64,000 nt of DNA from positions 75,330,001 through 75,394,000 of the forward strand of contig OZ024746.1 in assembly GCA_964016885.1 (NCBI GenBank). The letters are read 5' to 3'. Source of the stretch: Eledone cirrhosa (taxonomy: Eukaryota). Under the pieces are notes generated by a model. That model made no database searches. It worked only from the letters and a program-made list of their open reading frames with translations, and was not told where the DNA came from. Shown one piece after another: positions 27,535-42,860 of this stretch (positions are counted from its first letter, which is position 1; every line of letters begins with the position of its first letter). The position numbers and the translations under genes were made by a program.

Positions 27535-27810
27535 AGGTGTGCGGCCACGTGGTGTGTTGGACTTACGGTCGTAATGTCGTGGTTTCCTTTCCTGAACTGA
27601 ATTGTGTGTTGTGTTCTTCATTTAACGTTGCTCCAATACACTCTGCTGAAAATGCGAGTGTATTGGAGTGTATCAGCAAAAAACTGAGTGTTTAACCCTG
27701 CGATGGACTGGCGTCCTGTCCAAGAGGGAATCTTGCACTCTCAGTCTCTTCACGCCATGAAAATCCGGATAAGCACCGGCCTGATGATCCTCCGAGCTCG
27801 AGATAGACTT
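27535..27810 (+). mobile_element. Diverged tRNA-SINE (family 2-like)
   Basis: aacgttgctcca...aaccctgcgatggactggcgtcctgtcca. Confidence 0.6.
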
Positions 27811-28099
27811 TTTGCTTTAGAATATTTATTGATGAAAGGACCTAACTGAAGGATATAGAATCAAACTGTGTGGAAACGTAATATTTCGCCCAGTTTAAAA
27901 CGATTGCGTTACCCTTTGGTGATTTAAATTCAATCCACTTTATTGTAGACATTCGGTCTAGATCTTGTTTGGTGCACCTTACTATTCTAGTTCACCTTAC
28001 CTTGCACACTTCCACTGTTTGTCAACGGATACGTATAACAAAAGGTTCTGCTCCAGAAGCTTGCTTCCAGACATGACATAGGTCCATGTCTATATATAA

Positions 28100-28730
28100 C
28101 ACGAGGTGTTTATAGATAAGGCAAGAACCCATGCGCTAGATACACCAAGGACCCATATGCTAGATACATCAGGAGCCCATGTGCTAGATATGACAGGGCC
28201 TTTGTATAGATATGACAGGAGCCCCACATCTAAAAATGACAGGGATGCGTGTCTAGATTCGACATGGGATTCATCTTGATTTCATAAGAGTCTCACATTT
28301 AGACATATGCCTAGATACGACAGGAGCCTATGTCTAAATATGAGAGGAACCCGGAGCCAGATATGAGTGGAACCCGGAGCCAGATGAGTGCTGCAATAAA
28401 AACAGTATTACACAAGGTGGGAAGAATTTGCTGAATAACTTAGCCCGAGAAGCGACACCAGTTAAGGCTAATGTCAAACATTGTTCTGCCAGAGTACGGC
28501 TGTTGCTGCTAATGTCAAACTTTACTCTGTCTGGGTACGACAGTGACTGCTAATATCAAACTTTGTCCTGACAAGAGATGGTTGTTACTACTAATGTCGA
28601 ATCAGAGGCCATGCAGGAAATGGCAGTTGCTGCCAATGTCAAACCGAGAAAAGTTTTTTACTGCTAATGTCAAACTTTGCCCTGAGAGGAGAGGCTAACT
28701 GACTGGTAGTGTCAAGCTTTGCTTCAAAGT
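28100..28730. repeat. Two adjacent degenerate minisatellites (~21 bp ctagatacgacaggagcccatgtg; ~41 bp gctaatgtcaaacttt)
   Basis: Recurring motifs by eye. Confidence 0.7.
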
Positions 28731-28867
28731 ATAAACATACATTCATACATACATACATACATGATGGCTGCCCCCTCGTTATCGAGTATGGCCATTGCAC
28801 GAGGACAAAAAAATATATATATATATATATTAATAAATGAATAAAATATAAAATTAAATTAAAAAAA

Positions 28868-28900
<33 letters not shown>

Positions 28901-29089
28901 TATATACACACATATATATACACATACATACACATACATATATATTAATAATAATAATAATAATAACAACAATAACAATAACGACAACAACAACAACAAT
29001 AATAATATACATATACATATATATATACACACACACGCACACACATAAACATATCTATACACACACACACACACACACACACGATAGCA

Positions 29090-29168
29090 ACTAACAGCGC
29101 TGCGATCGAATGTGGCTTTTTAGCCCAGCCAATGATCTAAAATGTCTTGCACAGAGTCGGCAACCAAA

Positions 29169-29201
<33 letters not shown>

Positions 29202-29647
29202 CATACATACATACATGGTGGTGGCTGCCAACTCGTTTTCGAGTACGGCCACTACTGTATATCCATGTAGGAGACCCCCTACCGAAGCGCTGAACGAGTG
29301 TGGCTTTTTAGTCCAGCCAGCGACTTGAAAACTCTGGTACAAACACTACACTTGTGACAATTATTGACACATAGTGCTGGGCCCATGGTACCATGTGACG
29401 ACAAGTGCAGAGAGATCTCCAGATATAAAGCAATGCCTGTGCCGTGAAGCTTTTATAGTGAGCAAAGGCACTGCACAAAGCCAGTCCCACTCTCTTAACC
29501 AAGATGATATTTACCAAAAAGAAGAGCAAGTCAACATCATTGGATACCATCAGGGTTGCAGGTGTTATATCAGAGTTTTCCTTCTCCTAGAATTCTGCCT
29601 TGACAAAGGCTAAGGGGTCATCTCTCCCGGTGATTTTGGATGGCCAT
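29090..29647 (-). mobile_element. RTE-derived element (29217-29647) next to a different RTE zinc-finger remnant (29090-29170)
   Basis: Matches 13315-13745; remnant encodes CRLCARHFRSLAGLKSHIRSQRC*. Confidence 0.7.
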
Positions 29648-29689
29648 ACATACATACATACATACATACATACATACATACATACATAA

Positions 29690-29727
<38 letters not shown>

Positions 29728-29819
29728 TATTATTATTATTATTATTATTATCATTATTATACTTTTGGAGGGTCATGCTGCCAAATACCCAAACGAAATA
29801 TATATATATATATATATAT

Positions 29820-29890
<71 letters not shown>

Positions 29891-30057
29891 ATACGCAGTG
29901 TGTTTGTTCATGTTTTTCTGAACTACATGAACGGGGTAGCAAAAGTAAAGGGGTGTAAACTGAAAATCAAAACCACATGTATGAGTGTTATTGTCCTACA
30001 AAAACGTGTGCATCCACGCGCTAACACACAGATATAGACATGACCCTCCCAAAGTAT

Positions 30058-30106
<49 letters not shown>

Positions 30107-30143
30107 CATACATATATACATACATACATCTTTATAAAAGTAG

Positions 30144-30226
<83 letters not shown>

Positions 30227-30253
30227 TACATACATACATCTTTATATATGTAG

Positions 30254-30289
<36 letters not shown>

Positions 30290-30358
30290 AGAATTAGTAT
30301 ATCTAGTAACATATATATACACAGATGCATACTTATGCTAGCAAATATATAGGTTTTG

Positions 30359-30443
<85 letters not shown>

Positions 30444-30466
30444 TACATACATCTTTATAAATGTAG

Positions 30467-30504
<38 letters not shown>

Positions 30505-30628
30505 GCTTCGTTGTTTACCACCTCAAGCACATTCTTTACATATCTCACATCAGCTAGTTAATATACAACATACATCCATATGCCTAATTAGTGAAGAATT
30601 TCATTAACTTATTACCTAGAAAGTACTT

Positions 30629-30720
<92 letters not shown>

Positions 30721-30848
30721 GTTCGCACTCAAACGAACGCAGATATGTAAATATATATATATCATATAGATATATACATATATACATATATATATATATG
30801 TGTATGTGTGTGTGTATGAGTGTGTGTATATGTGTCTGTATGTGTGAT

Positions 30849-30897
<49 letters not shown>

Positions 30898-31115
30898 AGT
30901 ATTTCCGAAGAAAAAGCAAAGGAAAATAAAGAGTGCTCTATGTATAAAACAGAGTTATTTAATTAGAAAGTAAACAACACAATATATAACTAATCCATTA
31001 CCAAAGGTTTTAGGACCCTAGACAATATTAACGTGCGTCTAGTTCATTCATCTGATAAATATTTCATCATACCTTTGATAATGGACTAGTTATATTGTGT
31101 TGTTTAATTTCTAAT

Positions 31116-31213
<98 letters not shown>

Positions 31214-31220
31214 TGTATAT

Positions 31221-31255
<35 letters not shown>

Positions 31256-31276
31256 CGATATTAAATAAATGGAAAC

Positions 31277-31329
<53 letters not shown>

Positions 31330-31334
<5 letters not shown>

Positions 31335-31690
31335 TGTGTACAAGTACATACATATATGTATACAGACGTACGTTGCTGACGATAGCTAATAAACTTGAAA
31401 CTAGTGTAGCGTTCCTTTGTCAGTGTTGAACAAACGAGCAACGATGGTTGCTGGACATTACGGCTTAATACGGGATGTTTGTTTACAAACACACTGAGCA
31501 TTATAATAAATGTTCGGTGAATCCATACGTACATATATATATATATATGTGTGTGCATGTATATATATATATATATATACATACTACTGTACGTCTGTAT
31601 ACATATATGTATGTACGTGTACATACTTATATTTAAGTAAGAGCCGTACTAAGAGTGGGAAATGAAATTTCGTTTCATTTTTGCCGTCTA
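31330..31690 (+). mobile_element. Family D element with degenerate hammerhead (31371-31411)
   Basis: cgttg-CTGACGA-tagctaataaactt-GAAA-ctag-TG-tagcg; inverted terminal piece. Confidence 0.6.
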
Positions 31691-32217
31691 TATATATATA
31701 TATATATATATACACAAACATACACACAAATATATATGCGATTGTCTGTTTCTTTCTTACTCTCTCTCCTCTTTTTACCCTCTCTGCCAGTCACACTCTC
31801 TCTCTGCTAGTCTCTTCCTCACACTTCCACTCACTTCCACTCACTCACTCTCTGCTTCTCCCCTCTCTCACTTCCTCCCGTTTGACCTGTGTGAAACCCT
31901 TTTCTCGCTCACATCTCACCCATGTCGGATGGTCTGTATCTCTCGCCCATGATTTCACCAAGCTTAAGCTTACATATTTCATGTACTTGTCTCTTCCTAT
32001 CTTTCCGTTGCCATACCATCGCTGTTTGTTTACATGTCTCGCTCGTTTCACCCTATTTTACTTGTCCCGATAACTTTATTTGTTATTGCTCGCGCCAACT
32101 AGAGGTATATGATTTTTAAAGCGATGAAATACCAATGAAGGTTGGAAGATCACTGATGAAGGAGTAATTTTATCCATATGTAACCCATGTGCAACCACGC
32201 AGCACTCCATTTTTCTC

Positions 32218-32296
<79 letters not shown>

Positions 32297-32299
<3 letters not shown>

Positions 32300-32497
32300 G
32301 AATAGAGTCAGGATCTCGACGGCTGAGCTCCTGCCGTTTCGACAGCTAGATCCGAACAGTTCGGATCTAGCTGTCGAAACGTCCGGAGCTCAGCCGTCGG
32401 GGTCCTGACTTTTTTCCTATTACCCACTCTACTGCCCTAAGTATCGAGTACTCTGGTACGTTACGTCCACCCGGTTCCTTACCACACTTGCTTTATT
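32297..32497 (+). mobile_element. Family A-related fold-back (diverged subfamily)
   Basis: Palindrome centred on ctagatccgaac-a-gttcggatctag; GAAA-cg..ccg-TC-ggggtc; same tail as family A. Confidence 0.65.
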
Positions 32498-32503
32498 ATA
32501 TAC

Positions 32504-32550
<47 letters not shown>

Positions 32551-32814
32551 TATCGAACGAAGCTTATCGAATAGACTGGACACAGCTTCGGTCGTTTCAT
32601 CACTCACTCAATAATTTGATAAAGTCCCAATTATTAAAACTCCAACCCAATCAATTAGAATATACACAGAAACGCTATTCAGTGAGGAAGAGGACTTCGT
32701 GTGTGTAGGAAATTTGGGGTTACCCGGATGATGTACCAGTTTCTACAATTCCGATCTACTGGCTGTGGTTCGAATGGAACCACCATGAGCAGAAATTACA
32801 TACATGCAGCCTGG

Positions 32815-33078
32815 TTATAAAATTAGCGTAAAACTGGAAGAGCATTTCACAGACACGTGCACTTATGACGTAGATCTCAGGGAGATTCAAGGTGACACAG
32901 TGCATGACAAGACCGGCCTCGGGAATTAGAAGGTACAGCTCAGTTTTGCCACCTAAGTGAACGGGTGCAACGTGAAATATAGTTCCTTGCACAAAGACAC
33001 AACGTGAGACCAATGGTGTGAATGGAACCTTATGATTGTTGAGCCCATCACCCTAACCATCAAGCCACGCGCCTTCAC
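32815..33078 (-). mobile_element. tRNA-SINE family 2, diverged
   Basis: Aligns by eye with 37660-37912; head gtgaaggcgcgtggcttgatggttagg. Confidence 0.7.
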
Positions 33079-33239
33079 GATATATACATCAAATATACAG
33101 ACTTGTATCTGGCTATTTACATACTGACCGACGCGCACACACCACACACACACGCGCGCGCGCGCGCATGCGTTGTGCGTGTTGATAAACTATTAAATAT
33201 AATTTACAAAGAAACTAATTATGTATATATATATATAAT

Positions 33240-33282
<43 letters not shown>

Positions 33283-33353
33283 TCAACTTTTCAAATAGAA
33301 GTCGAAGTTGAAAGGTATGTCGAATCTATCTATTTATAAGACTGTTTATATTG

Positions 33354-33419
33354 TATTTTGTCTGAAGAAGGCATAACATGTTTTTAATATGATATCCCTG
33401 AAATATATATAATGAAATA
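33354..33419 (+). ncRNA. Type I minimal hammerhead (family C subfamily)
   Basis: tattttgt-CTGAAGA-aggcataacatg..tatgatatccct-GAAA-tatata-TA-atgaaata. Confidence 0.6.
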
Positions 33420-33460
33420 AATATGGTTTTATAAATATAGTTTCCATTTATTTAATATCG

Positions 33461-33492
<32 letters not shown>

Positions 33493-33815
33493 AGAACAGT
33501 GTCCCCAGGAGGAACGGAAGAGAATCAAACACTCACACACGCACAATCCAACAATTAATGTTAAACTCGATCGTAGTCTATTGTGGTTAATCCCGCGTGT
33601 AATCCGAGATACATGTATACACATTCATACATATACATATACACACATATATACAAACACACATATACATACACACATACATACGTACATACATACATAC
33701 ATACATACATACATACATACATACATACATACATACATACATACCTACCTACCTACATACATACATACATACATACATACATACATACATACATACATAC
33801 ATACATACATACATA

Positions 33816-34368
33816 CATGGTGGCTGCCAACTCGTTTTCGAGTACGGCCACTACTTTATGTCCATGTAGGAGAACCCCTACCGATGCGCTGAACGAATGT
33901 GACTTTTTAGTCCAGCCAGCGACTTGAAAACTCTGGTACAAAGACTACACTGGTGACCATTATTGACACACAGTGCAGGGCCCATGGTACCATGTGATGA
34001 CAAGTGCAGAGAGATCTCCAGATATAAAGCAATGCCTGTGCTGTGAAGCTTTTATAGTGAGCAAAGGCACTGCACAAAGCCAGTCCCACTCTCTTAACCA
34101 AGATGATATTTACCAAAAAGAAGAACAAGTCAACATCATTGGATACCATCAGGGTTGCAGGTGTTATATCAGAGTTTTCCTTCTCCTAGAATTCTGCCTT
34201 GACAAAGGCTAAGGGGTCATCTCTCCCAGTGATTTTGGATGGCTATTGACTCTTAAGAGCTCCCTTGCCCTTTGACAGGTTTTGTTTTTAGTCCTGCAGG
34301 ATGTCCAAAGTCACCCTCCTCACCAAGAAACCTTGGTGGGGTTGCCAGTTTAGTCGCCAACGACCCGA
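33816..34368 (-). mobile_element. RTE-derived non-autonomous element
   Basis: Reverse complement of 13193-13745; (TACA)n on both sides. Confidence 0.8.
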
Positions 34369-34728
34369 CATACATACATACATACATACATACATACATA
34401 CATACATACATACATACATACGTGTGTGTGTGTGTGCGAAATTGAGAAAGAAATGTAAGAACGTGTGTTTATAGTAAACACACAATTTCGTGTCGATGAT
34501 AAAAGTAAACACCATTTTCACCCACAGGGGATTTCTCTGTGTGGTCAAAAAGTAGAGAACAATCTGACTACTTTTAATATCTCATCAGATATATGTTACA
34601 CATTTCCCTGGCGACAGAAGCAATAACAGCGTAAAACTATTTATTTTATAGTATACACAAGCAATTCAAAAACTGAATAGGTCTATCAGGTTGACGTGAC
34701 TGTGAAAGCGTATGCAACATAAATTCAT

Positions 34729-37651
34729 AAATCTATAGATGCACTGTGTGTTGGGCCTTCGTCTGTTGCAACGACGAGTGATCCAGTTGTTCAATCAATG
34801 GAACAACAAATCTATAGATGCACTGTGTGTTGGGCCTTCGTCTGTTGCAACGACGAGTGATCCAGTTGTTCAATCAATGGAACAACAAATCTATAGATGC
34901 ACTGTGTGTTGGGCCTTCGTCTGTTGCAACGACGAGTGATCCAGTTGTTCAATCAATGGAACAACAAATCTATAGATGCACTGTGTGTTGGGCCTTCGTC
35001 TGTTGCAACGACGAGTGATCCAGTTGTTCAATCAATGGAACAACAAATCTATAGATGCACTGTGTGTTGGGCCTTCGTCTGTTGCAACGACGAGTGATCC
35101 AGTTGTTCAATCAATGGAACAACAAATCTATAGATGCACTGTGTGTTGGGCCTTCGTCTGTTGCAACGACGAGTGATCCAGTTGTTCAATCAATGGAACA
35201 ACAAATCTATAGATGCACTGTGTGTTGGGCCTTCGTCTGTTGCAACGACAAGTGATCCAGTTGTTCAATCAATGGAACAACAAATCTATAGATGCACTGT
35301 GTGTTGGGCCTTCGTCTGTTGCAACGACGAGTGATCCAGTTGTTCAATCAATGGAACAACAAATCTATAGATGCACTGTGTGTTGGGCCTTCGTCTGTTG
35401 CAACGACGAGTGATCCAGTTGTTCAATCAATGGAACAACAAATCTATAGATGCACTGTGTGTTGGGCCTTCGTCTGTTGCAACGACGAGTGATCCAGTTG
35501 TTCAATCAATGGAACAACAAATCTATAGATGCACTGTGTGTTGGGCCTTCGTCTGTTGCAACGACGAGTGATCCAGTTGTTCAATCAATGGAACAACAAA
35601 TCTATAGATGCACTGTGTGTTGGGCCTTCGTCTGTTGCAACGACGATTGATCCCGTTGTTCAATCAATGGAACAACAAATCTATAGATGCACTGTGTGTT
35701 GGGCCTTCGTCTGTTGCAAGGACGAGTGATCCAGTTGTTCAATCAATGGAACAACAAATCTATAGATGCACTGTGTGTTGGGCCTTCGTCTGTTGCAACG
35801 ACGAGTGATCCAGTTGTTCAATCAATGGAACAACAAATCTATAGATGCACTGTGTGTTGGGCCTTCGTCTGTTGCAACGACGATTGATCCCGTTGTTCAA
35901 TCAATGGAACAACAAATCTATAGATGCACTGTGTATTGGGCCTTCGTCTGTTGCAACGACGAGTGATCCAGTTGTTCAATCAATGGAACAACAAATCTAT
36001 AGATGCACTGTGTATTGGGCCTTCGTCTGTTGCAACGACGAGTGATCCAGTTGTTCAATCAATGGAACAACAAATCTATAGATGCACTGTGTATTGGGCC
36101 TTCGTCTGTTGCAACGACGAGTGATCCAGTTGTTCAATCAATGGAACAACAAATCTATAGATGCACTGTGTATTGGGCCTTCGTCTGTTGCAACGACGAG
36201 TGATCCAGTTGTTCAATCAATGGAACAACAAATCTATAGATGCACTGTGTATTGGGCCTTCGTCTGTTGCAACGACGAGTGATCCAGTTGTTCAATCAAT
36301 GGAACAACAAATCTATAGATGCACTGTGTATTGGGCCTTCGTCTGTTGCAACGACGAGTGATCCAGTTGTTCAATCAATGGAACAACAAATCTATAGATG
36401 CACTGTGTATTGGGCCTTCGTCTGTTGCAACGACGAGTGATCCAGTTGTTCAATCAATGGAACAACAAATCTATAGATGCACTGTGTATTGGGCCTTCGT
36501 CTGTTGCAACGACGAGTGATCCAGTTGTTCAATCAATGGAACAACAAATCTATAGATGCACTGTGTATTGGGCCTTCGTCTGTTGCAACGACGATTGATC
36601 CAGTTGTTCAATCAATGGAACAACAAATCTATAGATGCACTGTGTATTGGGCCTTCGTCTGTTGCAACGACGAGTGATCCAGTTGTTCAATCAATAGAAC
36701 AACAAATCTATAGATGCACTGTGTATTGGGCCTTCGTCTGTTGCAACGACGAGTGATCCAGTTGTTCAATCAATAGAACAACAAATCTATAGATGCACTG
36801 TGTATTGGGCCTTCGTCTGTTGCAACGACGAGTGATCCAGTTGTTCAATCAATGGAACAACAAATCTATAGATGCACTGTGTGTTGGGCCTTCGTCTGTT
36901 GCAACGACGAGTGATCCAGTTGTTCAATCAATGGAACAACAAATCTATAGATGCACTGTGTATTGGGCCTTCGTCTGTTGCAACGACGAGTGATCCAGTT
37001 GTTCAATCAATGGAACAACAAATCTATAGATGCACTGTGTGTTGGGCCTTCGTCTGTTGCAACGACGATTGATCCAGTTGTTCAATCAATGGAACAACAA
37101 ATCTATAGATGCACTGTGTATTGGGCCTTCGTCTGTTGCAACGACGATTGATCCAGTTGTTCAATCAATGGAACAACAAATCTATAGATGCACTGTGTAT
37201 TGGGCCTTCGTCTGTTGCAACGACGATTGATCCAGTTGTTCAATCAATGGAACAACAAATCTATAGATGCACTGTGTATTGGGCCTTCGTCTGTTGCAAC
37301 GACGATTGATCCAGTTGTTCAATCAATGGAACAACAAATCTATAGATGCACTGTGTATTGGGCCTTCGTCTGTTGCAACGACGAGTGATCCAGTTGTTCA
37401 ATCAATGGAACAACAAATCAATAGATGCACTGTGTATTGGGCCTTCGTCTGTTGCGTCGATGAGTGATCCAGTTGTTCAATCAATGCAACAACAAATCTA
37501 TAGATGCACTGTGTGTTGGGCCTTCGTCTGTTGCAACGACGAGTGATCCAGTTGTTCAATCAATGGAACAACAAATCTATAGATGCACTGTGTATTGGGC
37601 CTTCGTCTGTTGCAACGACAAGTGATCCAGTTGTTCAATCAATGGAACAAC
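34729..37651. repeat. 79-bp tandem array, 37 copies
   Basis: Unit aaatctatagatgcactgtgtRttgggccttcgtctgttgcaacgacgagtgatccagttgttcaatcaatggaacaac; ORF starts spaced exactly 79 bp apart; no spacers. Confidence 0.97.
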
Positions 37652-37912
37652 CTACTCGTAAAGTAAACGTGCACGTAGCTGAGCATTTTACATGCACGTG
37701 GACATTTAACATAGTTCTAAAGCAGAAACAGCATGAGATTCAGTGTGTGACAAGGCTAGTTCTTTCAATTATTGATACAACTCACTTTTGCCAGCTGAGA
37801 TGATTAGAGTAACGGAGAATGAAGGGTCTTGCTGAAGGACACAATGCGTCACCGGAAATCGATCTGATGGTCTCTACGTTTGTGACACGAACACTCTTAC
37901 AAGCCATGCACC
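37652..37912 (-). mobile_element. tRNA-SINE family 2 body contiguous with the last array unit
   Basis: cttttgccagctgag...gtcttgctgaaggacacaatgcgtcaccggaaatcga matches the family 2 head and body. Confidence 0.7.
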
Positions 37913-37934
37913 TTTACAATAGGAGCACTATTTG

Positions 37935-38070
<136 letters not shown>

Positions 38071-38329
38071 CACAATAATCAAAGCTATGTTCAAATCATT
38101 TTATTGCTGACAATCGTTTCTTCCAAACCATCGTTTGAAGTCATCGGAGTATTACGACTCTGTAAAACATCTTATGTATTTACATTGAGCTATTTTTTCT
38201 TACAGATAATAAGGTAATAATAAATTACTGACCTTTCCTGTTTATAGTTGTATATGGTGTAAATAATATTATTATATATATATATGTATATATTATAAAG
38301 AGTCGGACCTGAGCTGCTACCGAGCTGCT

Positions 38330-38436
<107 letters not shown>

Positions 38437-38995
38437 TGGATGGATGGATGGATGTATGTGTATATATTTGTTTAGCAACGTTTTTTTATATGAAATCGTG
38501 TGTCGAAACAAATATTGTTATATGACCCCCCCCCCCCCCAAGTATAACAATATGTGTATATATATATATATATATATGTATACAGGGTATACAAGATGGC
38601 CCAATAAAACGTATACACCCTTCAACAGCATTCTAATAAATATGTGTACACAGTTTTGGAGGACACCCATATATATATATATAAATTAATAAAAACAATG
38701 AATAAAAACAAAGAACAAGTTCTTTATATTAAAAAATTCATCATTTTACGATCGTTTCTAGGATATATATGTGTGTGTTGGTATGTATATCATATATAGT
38801 TCTATGTAAAAATATTACAAACTATCAGAGGAAATATACATACCTTCACATATATATGCTGTCTTCAGAAATAATCTGTTTTCCTGCGATTTTCATCGAA
38901 AATGTTTGATTGCATCTTCTCTTTTCATGATATTTGGATTACATTGAGTTCTTCATACGGATTGGACACTACCGTATATTTTAGTAGATTTATCT

Positions 38996-39070
<75 letters not shown>

Positions 39071-39232
39071 ATAACAAGATATCGTTAAAGGTAATCCGAT
39101 TAGAGGTTGTGAAAACTTCTTATCATGAATAGTTTAAGCGTACGGCGTTGTTTGACTCGGCAAGACGTTTACGTGGATGACGAGTTTATGACTTCACTTG
39201 TATTCCTGTGTAAGTATATCTTGGAGTAAGAA

Positions 39233-39536
39233 AATTGAAAAAGTGAAGAATAACATGGTCGACAGTACAAACAAGGAAATTTATTTACAGTCTAACAATT
39301 GTTTCTATGATGGAGTTGTCTAAAAATTGCTAAACGCAGACGAATTGCTAAACACAGACGAAAAATTGCTAAAATGTCAGACGAAATCATAGAGATAACA
39401 TGTATTTTATATTGAGTGGCACTGTCTTCTGTGTTTAGCAATTTTTAGACAACTCCATCATAGAAACAATTGTTAGACTGTAAATAAATTTTCTTGTTTG
39501 TACTGTCGACCATGTATATTCTTCACTTTTTCAATT
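39233..39536. mobile_element. Fold-back element with ~100-bp inverted arms
   Basis: aattgaaaaagtgaagaa...aattgctaaac inverted at 39433-39536; GAAA-caattg-TT hammerhead-like half. Confidence 0.6.
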
Positions 39537-39549
39537 ATATATATATATA

Positions 39550-39740
39550 TTTAATATATAAAAGGCTTCTACAGGACTAGAATTGTTTCATTCTGGAGAA
39601 ATCATCATAAAGCCCTAATGATTTCTCCGAAATGAAAGAGTTCTAGTCCTGTAGAAGCCTTTTCGATATTAAATATTTATACTCTGCTTTGTATTGAGTA
39701 CCTTACTTACTGTGGTTACCCCTGTCTGAACCTGGGATAA
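39550..39740 (+). mobile_element. Family B fold-back with degenerate hammerheads
   Basis: ggcttctacaggactagaa.../...ttctagtcctgtagaagcc plus tail. Confidence 0.65.
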
Positions 39741-39741
39741 A

Positions 39742-39910
<169 letters not shown>

Positions 39911-39934
39911 ATATATATACATATACACATATAC

Positions 39935-39994
<60 letters not shown>

Positions 39995-40035
39995 CGAAAC
40001 GGCTTGAGCTCTGCCGTCGGGGTTAAACTATTTCC

Positions 40036-40067
<32 letters not shown>

Positions 40068-40254
40068 GGAAATAGTTTAACCCCGACGGCAGAGCTCAAG
40101 CCGTTTCGACGGCTATTTCTGAAATAGATGTCGAAACGGCTTGAGGTCTGCCGTCGGGGGTTAAACATTTTCCTATTACCCACTCTACTGCCCTAAATAT
40201 TGAGTACTCTGGTGCGTTATGGTCCATCTGGTTCCTTTCCACACTTCTTTTGTG

Positions 40255-40257
<3 letters not shown>
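39995..40257 (+). mobile_element. Family A element, doubly folded
   Basis: Forward, inverted and forward arms; first two separated by (TA)n. Confidence 0.65.
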
Positions 40258-40320
<63 letters not shown>

Positions 40321-40616
40321 ATGTATATATGTATATATGTATTCGAACCTCTTGATAATTCGGCCACACTGTGTCCACATACCTTCCACTTCACCACCAC
40401 AGCAAGACACCCACACAACTTCCCCAATACCACAACCACTCTCTCCTTATCACTACTATACTCATGTCACACTTACTGCACTTAACATGCCCTGATATAA
40501 TGCACAGTGTTGTTGACGGAATCTTTTACTGCGCAAAATGCACGGAATGTTAACACCATCTAGACAACTGTCTAAATATACACACATGTATATACAGACA
40601 CGCACACACATACATT

Positions 40617-40714
<98 letters not shown>

Positions 40715-40730
40715 TATTTATGTGTGTGTA

Positions 40731-40794
<64 letters not shown>

Positions 40795-40929
40795 TATGTA
40801 CACGTACATACATATATGTATACAGACGTACAGTAGTCTGTATACATATATGTATGTATGTGTACATACTTATATTTAAGTAACAGCCGTACTAAGAGTG
40901 GGAAATGAAATTTCGTTTCATTTTTTCCA

Positions 40930-41476
<547 letters not shown>

Positions 41477-41720
41477 TTAAATAGAAGCTATTTGTTTACA
41501 GAACAACAGAAACTTCGTCAAAGTAATTTGGAAACAAAGTTCAGTGAGTGCAGCTATGAACTGTTGTCTCTATTTCTCCCTCTACGTCTCTTTCAACTCT
41601 CCTTCTCGGATTCTGACGCGCACGCGCATACATGTGCACATACATATATACATACATACATACATACGTACATACATAATACTTACACACGCATGCGCGA
41701 ACATACAAACACATATTTAT

Positions 41721-41761
<41 letters not shown>

Positions 41762-41813
41762 TATATTTCTTTATTTATTTATTTATTATATAGATAGATA
41801 GATAGATAGAGAC

Positions 41814-41878
<65 letters not shown>

Positions 41879-41909
41879 GTGAAAGAGAGAGAACGAGAGT
41901 GAGTTAAAG

Positions 41910-41992
<83 letters not shown>

Positions 41993-42025
41993 AGTGCTGT
42001 GAGTAATTGGTGACGGGTGGAGCGT

Positions 42026-42086
<61 letters not shown>

Positions 42087-42599
42087 CAGAAAAATACAGA
42101 GAGAAAGAGCGAAAGAGAAAAAGAGAGAGAGAGAGGGAGGGGGAGAGAGAGCGGGGGAGAGTGAGAAACGGTGGGGAGAAGACAATTCTGCGAGATTTTT
42201 TACAACCCATCGAGAGAAGCTTCTTCGTGGTCTCTCGGCTTACTAGAAACTAGTGAAATCTAATTTAAATCTTCCCTACTGTCTTAAATGTTATAGATAT
42301 TGGAGAATGTGATCTTTTAAGACCTATTTCAAATCATGACAAATTGATCACAATTGGATTATCTGCGATCATAGTTCTTACTCTGCTCAGTCAGAATTGA
42401 CTTTGGGCTACCTGACAAAAAATTGTAGTTAGAGCGTCGAATAGTTGTTGCAGGTCTCTATGTCCAACTCCTTTCAAGGTTAATTTTTCTTTCATCCTAA
42501 CGGGATCGACAAACAAAATACTAGTCCAGGGCCAGTGGATTGTTAGAACTTTTAAAGTGTCAGACGTGGAGTGTTTTTTTTCCCAGGACAATACTGACA

Positions 42600-42860
42600 T
42601 TCAAAATGAGAAGCTACAGTAAAATCATGGACAATCAACGAAAGCATTCTCAAGGAAATCAAGCAACTAGTAGGCAATAACGAAGACCTGCTAACAACTG
42701 TTAAGAAAAGGAAAACTAGTCGATACAGATAACTGGTGAGCTTCTCCTACGCGAAACACATAAGCAACAAAAGCATTTACACAGCAATTAGGCAACACGT
42801 GGACAACAACAAAGACCATCTAACTACTGTAAAGAAAAGAAAATAAGATGGTATGGCACA
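42600..42860 (+). mobile_element. Duplicated RTE-like LINE C-terminal remnants
   Basis: NESILKEIKQLVGNNEDLLTTVKKRK and ISNKSIYTAIRQHVDNNKDHLTTVKKRK..WYG resemble the RTE post-RT region. Confidence 0.5.

Noticed and set aside
34729-37651. CRISPR array or repeated 66-aa gene family
   Set aside because: Units are contiguous with no unique spacers and no cas genes, in a eukaryotic context; the ORFs result from a 79-bp period cycling through frames
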